Virus record (IMG/VR): IMGVR_UViG_3300037424_000754
Span: 1-61,644 of that record
Direction: 5' to 3' (one strand)
Length of the DNA: 61,644 bases
Source: a virus
Lineage: Duplodnaviria > Caudoviricetes
Below, in pieces: positions 19,601 through 29,700 of the stretch; the stretch's first letter is position 1, and every line of letters begins with the position of its first letter. A program made the translations under genes and the position numbers. The notes below the pieces were generated by a model that made no database searches, was not told the origin of the DNA, and was given only the letters and a program-made list of their open reading frames with translations.

Positions 19601-21100
19601 GAATACATCAGGGTTCGGACTGGTGTACGGGTTCGGGAACATTTGCTGGGCCAGGGTGCGCCCAAGAGGATCCCCCAGACCCTCCAGGATCTTCAAATAT
19701 TCATAGTCCTGATAGCCCGCTCGGATCATCTTCATCCGCATGGATGCGAGCGGGATGTCCGTCGAGCCGCCAATCCTGCCGGTGGTGCCAGGATAGAACA
19801 AGGTGCCGTCGCCGTTGCCGGTGTACTCGTAGATGTCGGCCCACGGATCGCCGGTCGTGTAGGCAAACCCGGTTTCAAAGTATAGCTCTCCGGTCGCCCG
19901 GTACAGATGACAGAGCCAGCCCATCATGCGGGCTCTGAGTGGAGAAGCGTCAACCATGTAAGAGGCCCAGCCCGTGAAGTACGAGCTAGACCCGCCGCAC
20001 CCGTGACTCATGCAGCTTTGGTACAACCAGACCTCGCGGATCGACTTGCCTGCCAGCCATGAATCGTAAGACCCACGCTGATTGCCGGCGAATGTGCCGC
20101 TCTTGTCGTGGATGAAGTTGATCACGGGCACGAGGATGTCGATGGAGTTCTGAACCCCATTGTCCAGGGCCTCCCGGATCGTGGTAGTGACCAACGTCTT
20201 GAAATTGGCGTCAATGCCGTGAATCGTGTTGGCTCTAGACGGGATCTGGCTCCACGAACAAAACTGCGGCGGCTCATCGCATGTGTAATCAAACGCCTTA
20301 GAGAACCGGCCAACGGACTTTAGATAGTTGACTACGGCGGCCCGATGGTAAGGCATCGGGTACACGGAGCTATACTCCGCTCCCTGAAGTTGAGTGTTGG
20401 CCGTTCCGGTGACCAGCGGTCCGTGGTAGGTCGTGTACGAGCCGATAGAGCTATCCCCGGTATCAACCCCGGAAACAGCCATCCTGTGGTCCAGGGCCAA
20501 AATGGAGTAGCGCTGTCGAAGCTGGTTCCACGCGGCCTGATTGCCAGAGATACCGCTGTGTTGGGCCGGCAGGACCGGATACGTCAAGGCAAAGAAGCTG
20601 CGGAGAGAAGACGTGGAGGGGATCCCGAAGCCCCAGATCGTTAATGAGATGCTGACATTCACGTCAGCCTGACCGCTCAGATTGACAACAGCGGTTCCGT
20701 TATAAACACCAGACGTGGCGTTGGCCGGGATGTGAATATCAATCCAGACGCACTGCGTACTGTTGGATGAGACCGTAAACGGAAAAGCGTTGCGGGCCTG
20801 CCCCACAACATCATCCAACTTAGGGACCATGATGTCGGGGGTCTGGCCCGTCCATCCGTCCGGCGCAGACACCTGCGGACAGTTTACAGTCCTGTTGCGG
20901 AAATAGTGGATGTTGCCTGACGGGACGGGGCCGATTGATGCAATGTTGACATCCGTGAACGTCCCAGAGCCCGTGAGTATAAGCTGAAACGCTACGAATT
21001 CGTTCCTGGCGCCATGCAGAATGACACTGTTCCCGGCAGGCCACCCCGCGTTAGGGCGAACCTTCTGTAGATCATTCGCAACGCCGACTGTAATTGCCAT
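16646..21100 (-). CDS. Multidomain tail-associated protein: GH123/DUF4091-like + 6 IPT/TIG + beta domain + C-terminal fibre-like segment
   Basis: GARNEFVAFQ, DEPP, NGDGTLFYPG, SMRMKMIRAGYQDYEY; six P..G...GG..V.I.G.(N/D)F...TPP repeats. Confidence 0.75.
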   Translation of the reverse strand: MAITVGVANDLQKVRPNAGWPAGNSVILHGARNEFVAFQLILTGSGTFTDVNIASIGPVPSGNIHYFRNRTVNCPQVSAPDGWTGQTPDIMVPKLDDVVGQARNAFPFTVSSNSTQCVWIDIHIPANATSGVYNGTAVVNLSGQADVNVSISLTIWGFGIPSTSSLRSFFALTYPVLPAQHSGISGNQAAWNQLRQRYSILALDHRMAVSGVDTGDSSIGSYTTYHGPLVTGTANTQLQGAEYSSVYPMPYHRAAVVNYLKSVGRFSKAFDYTCDEPPQFCSWSQIPSRANTIHGIDANFKTLVTTTIREALDNGVQNSIDILVPVINFIHDKSGTFAGNQRGSYDSWLAGKSIREVWLYQSCMSHGCGGSSSYFTGWASYMVDASPLRARMMGWLCHLYRATGELYFETGFAYTTGDPWADIYEYTGNGDGTLFYPGTTGRIGGSTDIPLASMRMKMIRAGYQDYEYLKILEGLGDPLGRTLAQQMFPNPYTSPNPDVFWANRIQIGQRIHDIGGGGPIGGNPAPTIESIEPTLGAEAGGTEVTIHGTNFLSGATVIFGSNAATILDVTSGQIICVTPPGLGVSNVTVTNPDFKSTTLSEGYTYIFVPLVPVGPPMEPSWPVSVQHTASTQSLVLQTPPAAANRLVYVVLIWNTRNNTNATPWTINGLGLAWTKIREAVFTSQTPGHEGVQIWAAWASSALSQGTIIAQPAAGNTTDVLLTAYARFGTVSGAASVTSCFGVSAGANGPTGSGSVLQLGMPGMLQQSGAVIGMVDGQGSFGVSPRANTQLDFQNNAFVSMAVGQLVQAPSGGTTTVGCTEPAFYWAIAAAEILTAGTGGVTGPAQPTGLSPASGSTAGGNAVLISGTNFHPEVIVLFDTTAATLVSVDTTSIAAFTPPHAAGAVNVTLRNPGAVDGVLPSGFTYVAPPPPPVTVANPLACSPATGSTDGGNTVVITGTDFLTGATVLFGGISATVTAVAAGSITVVTPAHAAGAVDVAVTNPGASAGTLVSGFTYEAPPPPPPPPSGVAVPTAVTPSTGTTAGGTAAVISGTNFVAGAEVRFDSTGAAIVSLEATAIAVFTPPHAAAVVNVSVINPGEVPGTLAGGFTYEEPAPPPSPGPAIPVSLLPITGATTGGNTVVIFGSNFAAGLTVTFGGSAAIVNARDTIAIAVVTPPHAAGTVDIVVTNPGEVEAVLGAAYTYETPPSTGESAAVPVQVSPAIGSVLGGNSVSVFGSNFATGVKVYFDGLLATVVQNDGTTISVVTPAHGAGTVNVTVTNPNATPTTLISAFTYSSTGGAPGGGGGAPGGGGGGRPSPGGDGGGPPGDRAALVSGHDLTRIQHPSDRVVNAIQDQLLKNLNPIIQAISKMPVAVGGVFSAQAWQDGVLINGWKTEAGSQVGFYIDSAGVVHLRGSATNPNIGKPMMVLPVGARSSRRITRPVTSVGASYASIVIDPDGFVTPTVASATPGGIYYITIDEVTFRAEG

Positions 21101-21103
21101 GGG

Positions 21104-22021
21104 CTACTCCATGTACTCGTCGCCCGACTCTTCTTCGGCTCTAAGGTCCACTATGGTCGAGGGCTCGTTAGCGTCTCGATTGGCCGCTATCTCCTCGACC
21201 CTGGCCGCCATATCGGCCTTCAGTCCTATGAAGATGGATGCGTCTGTCTCGCGCTTGTTCATCGCCATGATGCACGCATGGTGCATCACGTACTCTTCCC
21301 ATCCGGAGATCCCATCGACAACGTCTGTCTCCCGAGTCAGCCTAGGCATCCTGGGAACATAGAGCATCCGCAGGATCGTTCCGGCGCCCGGGGCCGGCGA
21401 CAGCCACAGCCAGTTGTCATTGAGTCTATACCTGACCTTGTCGTGCCCGTAGCGGTTCCTGCCGGCATGGGCGAACCGATGGATGGGAATCCAGCGCTGC
21501 CCAACCAGGCGATCGACCCCGAGGAGCTTGAAAAGGTCCGGCGGGAGAGGGTAACGCTCCGTGATGCCGTCGGCCACGAAGGCATACGGATCCGTGACGT
21601 TATAGTCATTGTCATAGGCTGTGACTAGTTTGTCGTATAGCTCGAAGGCTCCAGCGTTGATCCAGTCATTCCATTCCGACTGCTCGATGAAGTCTGAATT
21701 AACGGTGTCTGTCCTTTGCTTGCACTTGGTCCTGATCGAGGCCAGAGAGGGGCCATCTACAATGCAAATGCTTCGGGTGATGATCTCGCCACCAGAATCC
21801 TCCGCCTGCACCACGTCGATCGTGCCAGGGATCTGACCAGCGCCGTAAGACCCTAGCTCGGCGCCAATGGATGCGAGGGACCCGCTGTTCTGTGTAACGA
21901 TGGACCACGCGTGGGGAGGGCCGAATCCGCCAGCAACATAGAACTGGATTTGACCGCCGGCCGTCGTCTTGGGGTTGGACGGCAGAATGAGGCCAGGCAT
22001 CGTGATTAGAGGGTATGACAC
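21104..22021 (-). CDS. Head-tail adaptor (T7 gp11-like) with N-terminal Ig-like extension
   Basis: LASIR...WIN.G..ELY, YPLPPDLFKL, YVP motifs; synteny. Confidence 0.6.
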   Translation of the reverse strand: MSYPLITMPGLILPSNPKTTAGGQIQFYVAGGFGPPHAWSIVTQNSGSLASIGAELGSYGAGQIPGTIDVVQAEDSGGEIITRSICIVDGPSLASIRTKCKQRTDTVNSDFIEQSEWNDWINAGAFELYDKLVTAYDNDYNVTDPYAFVADGITERYPLPPDLFKLLGVDRLVGQRWIPIHRFAHAGRNRYGHDKVRYRLNDNWLWLSPAPGAGTILRMLYVPRMPRLTRETDVVDGISGWEEYVMHHACIMAMNKRETDASIFIGLKADMAARVEEIAANRDANEPSTIVDLRAEEESGDEYME

Positions 22022-22030
22022 GTCAGGCTC

Positions 22031-24091
22031 CTACAGCGGCACCACGGTGATGATTGCAGGTGAGGCAGTCATTAGGGACGGGAACAGGATGCTTCTTATA
22101 ACCATCGGGCTGACCGACCACACGTCTGCGCCGATCATGATCGTCCCTGGCGCGAACACAACCGCTAGAAGCTCAAACGCAATCTGAGACTGCGAGGCAA
22201 CCTTCACAAGCCCGATGTTCGCAAGGGCGGCGTCGGGCGGTCTCAGGTCCTGTCTCGGCCCGGAGAACCACGGGATCCCCATGGTTCCGGAGACGGTGGC
22301 CGGCAGGAAGTACGGGTCAGTCACCGCGACCCAGAACGGCTTGGCCTCGGGGTTGAAGATGTGCAGACGCACCCTGAATGGCACATTGACGTATGCGGTC
22401 CCGGGCGCGGAGATGAAGCAATAGCGCTCCAGCGGCCCTAGCCCGGTCGGATAGGTCTCGGCGCTCCGGATCGGGTCCCAGGGCGGGCGAGCAAAGAACT
22501 CAGGCAGGGTGGGTGGAGGCGGGAAGTCCGGGGCCGGGACGATGATCGGCTCCAGGGACCTCGGCTCATCCGAGCGCGGAGGGTTCCAGTCTGGCCGCGA
22601 GAAGGCGTCGGGAAGAACCGCCGGCAGAGGCCACGGAGGCAGAACAGTCGTCTGCTCGTGCGGCCCGACCGTGTAAGAAATCCACCCCTTCTCTGGATCC
22701 CACACGAACCGTAGGAACCCTGGAGGCCCCTCGAAGGCCCACAGGTCTGGCACCGGATCTGGGGTGGCAGGGTAAACCTCCTGGAACCCGTGCCACAGAG
22801 AGGGCGGCAGAGGCCGCAGGAAGGCCTCCGGCAAGAGCGGAGGAACCGGGATCTCCGGGACGATGACCAGGAAGATGCTGGGCGGTCGCGGCTCGACCAC
22901 CACGCCCCGATCCGGGTTCCACGCCGTGCGGATGTACCTCTCCGGCAAGAGCGGCGGAGGAGGCTGGTCTGGCAGGACGACCCAGTATGTCTCAGGGCCG
23001 ATCGGGCTGTTGACGTGGCTTCGCTCCGGATTCCAAATCGGGATGAGCCAGTCCGGGCCCAGGTACCACGATGTCACCGGAGGCGGAGGCTGGCCGAGCG
23101 GCGGGGTTATGACCTCGATACCGGAACGCCAGGTTTGTCTCGGTTCAGGGTATCGATCCAGAACCAGGGACGATGTTTCGGCGGGTTCACTGAACCCCAG
23201 CACCTCAATCGCCTGTGCCAGGTAATCTGTGCCGATTCCATCCGCACCGAAGGTGATGGTACCGGTCCCCGTCCCGAGAGCGTAACGACCCCCGGCCGCG
23301 GTGTACCCGGCGGAACCGTCCACCAGGCTCCCGTCCCAAAGTGAATACGGATACTCAGCCAGGGTCGCGCCAGCGCCCACCAAGGAAATCAGAAGCGCGC
23401 TGCTGGAGTTGGATCCTGACAGCGACGTGGCCCGCGGCCCGCTCCCGCCCCCGAGCAGATGCGTTACGGCCGACGCGCCAAAGCATGACGCCAGGCTCGT
23501 TCCACCGAACATGGTGCCGCTGAACGCATAGGCCACAGCCTGCACCGACTTGGAGGCCGAGCTACTCGTTTGAACCGTGATGCTTCCGGCTGGCAATGCC
23601 GCCGACGCCCAGGCCGCCCAGATGTCAGCCGTAATGGCGCCAGTGATCGCATCGGCGGCAGCAATCCTGGTCCACGCGAGCCCCAGGCCCGTGACCGTAA
23701 CCGGGAAGGCCGTGCCACCGCACTGGCCGGACACGCACAGAGCAATCAGCCTGTTTGTACCAGACGTGGCCGGAGCGCCAAATACCAGATTTGGGCTACC
23801 GTCTGCTACAAGGTTCCCGGACGCCGGCCATCCCGGATCGATTGACGGGCCCGCCGGGAGAAGACCGGCAACGGCGAACGAGCTAGGCTGCTGAGCAGTT
23901 GCGTTTGAGGCTAGGACCGGGACAACGCCCTTGATGGCGCCAGGCCCCGGGGGCACAACGATAGCGTCCGCCTCCACGTTGACGGTAGAAGAGGCAGCGA
24001 CGTTGATGATCGCATCCGCCTCTACCGTCGTCGGGCCTGTGCCCGTGGCGAGGATTGCGTCTGCCGAAACGTTAGAGGTACCTAGCGGCAT
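22031..24091 (-). CDS. Putative virion accessory protein: beta domain + Pro/Trp repeats + Ig-like C-terminus
   Basis: Shares GLGLAW..IWAAW domain; repeated R..W(N/D)P.R. Confidence 0.6.
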   Translation of the reverse strand: MPLGTSNVSADAILATGTGPTTVEADAIINVAASSTVNVEADAIVVPPGPGAIKGVVPVLASNATAQQPSSFAVAGLLPAGPSIDPGWPASGNLVADGSPNLVFGAPATSGTNRLIALCVSGQCGGTAFPVTVTGLGLAWTRIAAADAITGAITADIWAAWASAALPAGSITVQTSSSASKSVQAVAYAFSGTMFGGTSLASCFGASAVTHLLGGGSGPRATSLSGSNSSSALLISLVGAGATLAEYPYSLWDGSLVDGSAGYTAAGGRYALGTGTGTITFGADGIGTDYLAQAIEVLGFSEPAETSSLVLDRYPEPRQTWRSGIEVITPPLGQPPPPVTSWYLGPDWLIPIWNPERSHVNSPIGPETYWVVLPDQPPPPLLPERYIRTAWNPDRGVVVEPRPPSIFLVIVPEIPVPPLLPEAFLRPLPPSLWHGFQEVYPATPDPVPDLWAFEGPPGFLRFVWDPEKGWISYTVGPHEQTTVLPPWPLPAVLPDAFSRPDWNPPRSDEPRSLEPIIVPAPDFPPPPTLPEFFARPPWDPIRSAETYPTGLGPLERYCFISAPGTAYVNVPFRVRLHIFNPEAKPFWVAVTDPYFLPATVSGTMGIPWFSGPRQDLRPPDAALANIGLVKVASQSQIAFELLAVVFAPGTIMIGADVWSVSPMVIRSILFPSLMTASPAIITVVPL

Positions 24092-24100
24092 GCCGGCCCC

Positions 24101-24619
24101 TTACGTTTCATCCCAAAGCCACACGAGACGCCCAGGGGACGAGACGCCCGCGGGGGCGCCCGGAAGCACAGCCACAGCCAAGACTAGGTAGGTCTGAGTG
24201 CCTGGTCCCGTAGCGCTCCCCACGTTCCATGTACCGGGGACCAGTGTTATAGAATCGCCTCCGTCTGCAATCGGGGCGGCATCAATAAACCCTGTCGGCG
24301 GAAAGGGCTTAGGCCCCGTTTTCACGGGCCGCATGTAGGACGAGGCCGTGCGGTAAGCTAGCCTGAAGAACGCAGACTGTGCCCCGAAGGATCCATCCCA
24401 GTACCAGCGGATGTTGCTGACGGTCGAATACGTTCCGCTCACTACATGCAGGCGAAACCATTTCTCATAGGAATAGCCCGGGCCGGACTGATATGGCACA
24501 ACGGGATGCTGAGAGCTAGATGCGGCGGTGGTGTTCTTCGCCTGAAAGTAACAATCAGCCTCTCCGCGATCCGTACCGGTCGAGGTCGGGTACTCGAAAA
24601 GATGAACGACGGCAGTCAG
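24101..24619 (-). CDS. Putative virion protein, paralog of the C-terminus of 24978..26270; probable CTG start
   Basis: EYPTSTG, EKW.RLHV.SG.YS, SATGPG, VWL.DE shared; homology extends upstream of GTG 24499. Confidence 0.6.
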   Translation of the reverse strand: MTAVVHLFEYPTSTGTDRGEADCYFQAKNTTAASSSQHPVVPYQSGPGYSYEKWFRLHVVSGTYSTVSNIRWYWDGSFGAQSAFFRLAYRTASSYMRPVKTGPKPFPPTGFIDAAPIADGGDSITLVPGTWNVGSATGPGTQTYLVLAVAVLPGAPAGVSSPGRLVWLWDET

Positions 24620-24639
24620 GACCTCGGCTCCACATACAG

Positions 24640-24978
24640 TTAATCAGCGTTCTTCTTCGTTACCATGGTCACAAGCCCATCCTGCGTGAGCATGATCCTG
24701 ATCCTCATCGGGCTGTCGCTGGCCGGAACTATGATATCCACGCCAGGCAGCGACCACAGGCGATCTCCGTTCCCGCAAACAGCATGAGTCGTGAACGGCA
24801 CCGCCATGACTCCTGGTTCAACGTTCGCCACCACAACCTTCATGAAGGGGTCGCTGGTCTCAACCGACAGGCTCGCAATCTCCATGTCAGGAAATGATCC
24901 GTTTCTCTCTATCACCTCGTCTCTGCTAACCATCACTCCGGCGCGATCGCATACCGTCCAGTCCGTTACGCGAGGCAT
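24640..24978 (-). CDS. Hypothetical protein
   Basis: TAATG coupling with upstream gene. Confidence 0.6.
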   Translation of the reverse strand: MPRVTDWTVCDRAGVMVSRDEVIERNGSFPDMEIASLSVETSDPFMKVVVANVEPGVMAVPFTTHAVCGNGDRLWSLPGVDIIVPASDSPMRIRIMLTQDGLVTMVTKKNAD

Positions 24979-26270
24979 TAGCTCACCTCATCGAACAGCC
25001 ACACGTACGACTCTGAGGATAGTATGCCGCCCGCTGCCCCCGACTTGACCCCCAGGTCGAGAACCAAGTACGGCTGATTCGCCCCTGGGCCTGTAGCGCT
25101 GGCAGAATTCCACTCTCCAGCATTGATCGTGAGCGCGGCGCCTGGCGAAGTGAATCCCTCCGCGTTTGTGAACCCAGCCGCCGGAAACGCCACGTCATCG
25201 GCCGGACGAACCGGGGAGGCGTAGGTCGGTGGCGTTCCAGTCACCAGCCTGTAAGACAGCCGGTAATTGGCGGCGCTACCGCCCATAGTCCCGGTCTTGT
25301 AAAATCTCAGGTTGGATAGGCTGCTGTACGGGCCGCTCATCACGTGCAGGCGCAGCCACTTCTCGCGAGAGAACGAATAGCCGGACACGGGAACCGTGAT
25401 CGCGTCCGACGTTCCAGATCCCGTTGCGTCCGTGCCTGTCCTGAACCTGACCCTGGCGGCCGAGATGTCTACCCCGGTAGATGTAGGGTATTCGTGCGGA
25501 TGAGCGTTAACCTGGGAGATTGCCTCATCCAGCCACGGGGGAGTAGCGACGAACCCACGCCCATAGAGAAAGCGCTCTCTGTAGGCGTACCCAACCTTGC
25601 GCGGCACCTCGTTCCCGTACAGCGCCGGAGACAGGACCTCTGGGCTGAAGATGACGGCAACGATCTCTCTGTTTGTGTTTGTAACGTCAATCGTAAGCGA
25701 AGCGGTCTGCGCACCCAAGGGCGGGTTGATGCGGTCAGCGAGAACATTTCCGGTGTTGGCGGCCCCCCTAATGGTGTATCCAGAGCCAGCGGTCCACGTT
25801 CTGCCGGCCGAGGTACCGCCGAACTCAACAGCCAGGCAATGTGGGTTTAGGACCGTAAAAGACGATGTCGTGATGACCGTGCCGGTGACGGCGTCTGACC
25901 CGAACCCTCCGATGCCGGCAAACGGGCTGCTCCTGTGCGCGCCCGAGTATTGCGAAGCATTGCACCTACGGTAGGCCCCGATCTCGCCCCAATCCACTGT
26001 CACCTGGTTAGATGCGTTCCCGAGGATGTTATTAGCGTAGTAAATGGCCGCGGTCGGGCCAGCCCCCGTGGGCTGTGCAGCGAAGGCTGGCGGATCGCAA
26101 TTGATATACGTGTTGCCGGCCGTGTCCGTGACGGTCGGTCGCGGTTCATCGTTATTCCAAACCGCACCCACCACGATCAGGTTGCCGGCGGTCGCTACGA
26201 ATGCGGGCGTAGTCACAGACGCCACGCTTGTGGCGTTGGCAAGCGCTGAGTTTACAAACGCAATAGTCAT
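24978..26270 (-). CDS. Two-domain beta-rich putative virion protein
   Basis: GNLIVVG..TDTAGNTY domain plus paralogous C-terminal domain. Confidence 0.65.
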   Translation of the reverse strand: MTIAFVNSALANATSVASVTTPAFVATAGNLIVVGAVWNNDEPRPTVTDTAGNTYINCDPPAFAAQPTGAGPTAAIYYANNILGNASNQVTVDWGEIGAYRRCNASQYSGAHRSSPFAGIGGFGSDAVTGTVITTSSFTVLNPHCLAVEFGGTSAGRTWTAGSGYTIRGAANTGNVLADRINPPLGAQTASLTIDVTNTNREIVAVIFSPEVLSPALYGNEVPRKVGYAYRERFLYGRGFVATPPWLDEAISQVNAHPHEYPTSTGVDISAARVRFRTGTDATGSGTSDAITVPVSGYSFSREKWLRLHVMSGPYSSLSNLRFYKTGTMGGSAANYRLSYRLVTGTPPTYASPVRPADDVAFPAAGFTNAEGFTSPGAALTINAGEWNSASATGPGANQPYLVLDLGVKSGAAGGILSSESYVWLFDEVS

Positions 26271-26276
26271 TTGGTC

Positions 26277-26747
26277 CTATGGCGCATACTGAATAAACCG
26301 AACTGTGAATGATGCGCCGGCGGACTGCACGAAGATGCCCATTGCCGGCTTGACCTCGTCCTGCCACACGCCCTTGTCCGCCTCCGCCACGTCGCAGTCC
26401 GCCGCCACTTGACCGGACGATGATGCCCCACGGAAGACGAAAGCCCTGACGCTGGTCGAGTTATTGATGATTCGCACCTTGTATCGATTGGTGAGCGCGG
26501 CAGGTCTACCGGACAGCCCATCATCCACGCGGACCCAGGTGCCAGAAACGGGGACCGTTACGGTCGCCTCAGTGATCGTACCGGCAGCCATGTTAGCAAT
26601 CCCCCTGTCCTTGATCTCTTCCAGTGTATCCCAGATGAAGTTAACGTCTGTGTCTAGAAGGTACTGGCTATTGGTGTCTCCCGGCGGAACGACGGTCGTA
26701 AACGTCTTGTCGGGAGGGATCGGAATGTCACCATCTAGATAAGGCAT
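26277..26747 (-). CDS. Putative virion protein with M.YLDGD N-terminal module
   Basis: N-terminus paralogous to 30466..31413. Confidence 0.6.
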   Translation of the reverse strand: MPYLDGDIPIPPDKTFTTVVPPGDTNSQYLLDTDVNFIWDTLEEIKDRGIANMAAGTITEATVTVPVSGTWVRVDDGLSGRPAALTNRYKVRIINNSTSVRAFVFRGASSSGQVAADCDVAEADKGVWQDEVKPAMGIFVQSAGASFTVRFIQYAP

Positions 26748-26762
26748 ATGCCCTCTCGCGCT

Positions 26763-29700
26763 CTACGGTACCGACATCCCAGCCAAGAAGAAATCCAGCA
26801 TCCTGTAGCCGGTCGAATGGACCGTGTTTCGGTCGTTCGCGTTTGCTGGGTTGAGGCCGTTAGCCGTTTCCCAGGTGTCCGACATCCCGTCCAAGTCTGC
26901 GTCAGGATACGGGGTGCTCCCCGTGATCGTCGAGGGGGTCCCGTCAGTAGGGTACTGGCTAGGACCAGTATTGGTGCGATACTCCTGAACGACCCTGCTG
27001 TCGTTGCTGTCGTAAGCGGTCACCCAGGCACCATTTGCAGTGAGTCGACGAGATGCGCCAACCGGAAACGGCACGGTGGTGGTGGTCAGGCCCATGCTTG
27101 TCTCTAAAGTAGAGACCGGCTCCGGGACGATAGGAATGCTGGTTGATGTTAATTGCGTCGTGCGGCGAAATGCGGTATTCAGCGGCCCGGTATCAGCGCC
27201 ATTCTCCGAGCTTGCTACCCCAACCATATCAGTCCATTCGCTTGATGTGGCTCCCGGGTCTGGATGACGGGGACCACTGTTCCCCGACACATAGAGCGAT
27301 GGGTTACCAGAATAGGCTGGGTCGTTTCGCCAGATAAACTCCCGAATACCAAGCGATGGAGCTTTTGGCCCAAGTTTGTAAATATTGCTAATCAGATCGG
27401 CCCGGATCGCTCCACCTAACTGAGTGCCGCGAAAGCCGTAATTGTATACAACGTTGTTTATCCACTTGACCTCGCCAACTGTCATGTTCGGGTTACGATG
27501 GCTGGCTGTGCCTAGAAAATTGTGATGATAATCGAGATTGACCATGCCCGAGTGTATTCCGGAGCCCACGGCCGCCCCGGCAGCGCCGTTAGTGGCGTGT
27601 ATGATTAGCGGCTCTGTGACGATGTTCCATGAGTACGTAATGTCACGAAGCGCCGTAGTGAAAGACCAGGTGTTAATGTTCTCGTCCTCCGTCCAGTAGA
27701 ACGAGTTATGATCTATCACATTGAAACGTCCGCCGTCCTGTATCTTGAATGGCGCCCCGCTCTGGATTGTCTCGCCTGTCTCAATTGTCTTCCCGTGACG
27801 AAAACGCATGTAGCGCATCACCACGTTGTTTGCCTTGCTGATCAGTAGCGAACCGGTGAACGGCCCGCCCGTCTCGCCTGCCTTGGCTGCTCTAACCTGA
27901 ATCCCGCCGGGAGATGTTTGCCCAGCAATGGTGATGTTAGCGTTTGTGATTATCATGGTGCTCTGTAACACGATCGTGCCGGCCACCCTGAATACGCACG
28001 TCCTGGAACCCGTAGCCTGGATACACGCTCGAAGCGTGTTAGCGCCCGAGTCCGCAAGGCTCGTGACGTAAATGATGGATCCACCCCGGCCCCCGACCGA
28101 CACGCACCCGGAGCCTTGACACCCCGGGAAGGCGGCCAGCGGGATAGGCGCCGCCACGGGCTCGTAAGCCCCGATCGACGGAGGAGTCGGCCTGGTCTCT
28201 CCCTCGTAATCTACATCAGGCTTCTGGTTCGGATCCCCCTCTCCAACGAGCGGAGAGCCGGGGCCAGGGCGCAGATTCGTTGGCGCACTAACAAACAGCG
28301 GGTTGGCGTTGATCGAATTCGCCCCAGGGTTCGACCCGACGTTATAGCACAGGTTGTAGTCAGGAGAAGCCACCCCGGCGCCAATGCTGAAACACGCTCC
28401 GCCGGTGGAGTATGCGGCATTGTTTCTGAACACGTGCCCCGTACCATCCTTGCCCACGGAGTATGTTCCGTTCGTGCTGGCCTGGTTCGTATAGACGGTA
28501 TTGTTCCTGATCACATTGTTAGCGCTATGCGCATCTCCGCCTCCGCTGTCGTAATAGCGCCCCGCCACGCCGAACACATAGTCGTTGGCCGCATTGGTCT
28601 TCACGGCGACGTTGTTCTCAACCAGGCAGCCCTGGCAATTCAGGATATCGAATGACCTATCACCCGCGTTGTATGTCTGGTTCCCCCTAACCGTCAGGGA
28701 CGAAAGCAGTTCCGTGGTAGTGTAGCCCGGCGCTGTCGAGATGCCGTAGCCTCCCGGAGCGGCCACTCCTCCGGAGAAATCTATGTAGTTATCCTCTATC
28801 AGTGTACCCGTGTGGCGACCATGCACAACTATGACGGCACCGGGCGTATTCGCTGGCGCGTGGATCTCATTGCATTTGATGATCTCGTCAGTGCCGCCAG
28901 GCGCAGCAAGCTGACCGCCGAAGTAGATCGTGTGATCGAACGTCGTAAGCAGATTGCCGTTATTCCACATGTAGTTGCTGATGAGCCAGTTACCCGCGGA
29001 CCCACCCAAGAACGCGCCACTCCTGGTGTTCAGGATGCGACTGCCTATGATGCGCCAGTTGTCAGCGGGCGGGCTACCGGCCGGGTAAAAGGCGTACCCG
29101 TAGGACCCGTCCAATTCCATGTTACAGAACTCCATGTCATTACTGCCGGCCAGGCCCTGAAAGCCAAAATTGTCAGAGCCCGATAGCCGAATGTTCTTGA
29201 ACCGGTAATGAGATGCAATATTGAACAGGCTGATCTGGCCGGTCATCCTCGGCCTGCCCTCTGTTCCCACGTTCCAGGGCGCCGTGTAGTCGCGAACAGT
29301 CAAAGGGCTGGCCTGAGTAGCGTTTGCGTTTTCCCACTGCCCAGCGGCCGAGCCAAAGCTGCCGCCTCGGCAAAATGCGATGGTCTGCCCGGCAGGCAGC
29401 GTGCTGAACAGTGTTCGCGCATTGCCTACGGTACGGCGCGCGAGAGCCGGCGTTAGGCCGGAATTGGTGTCGACCCCCACCGTGCAGCCCGACGCGGCGC
29501 CCGTCTGACAGTCGCAATAATACCGTACCGTGCCCTGTAGCGGCTCCTCTTTGCACGCCGCCCATTCACATGATGTGGTTGAAGTATTCGTACAGGGGGC
29601 GCCAGCCGCGCTGACCCATGTAGATGAAGGCGGCGGAGGCGGAGGAGGGGGCGTGCTGATAGTGTACGTGGCGGACGAGGGACGGCTCCTCTCCCTGGGG

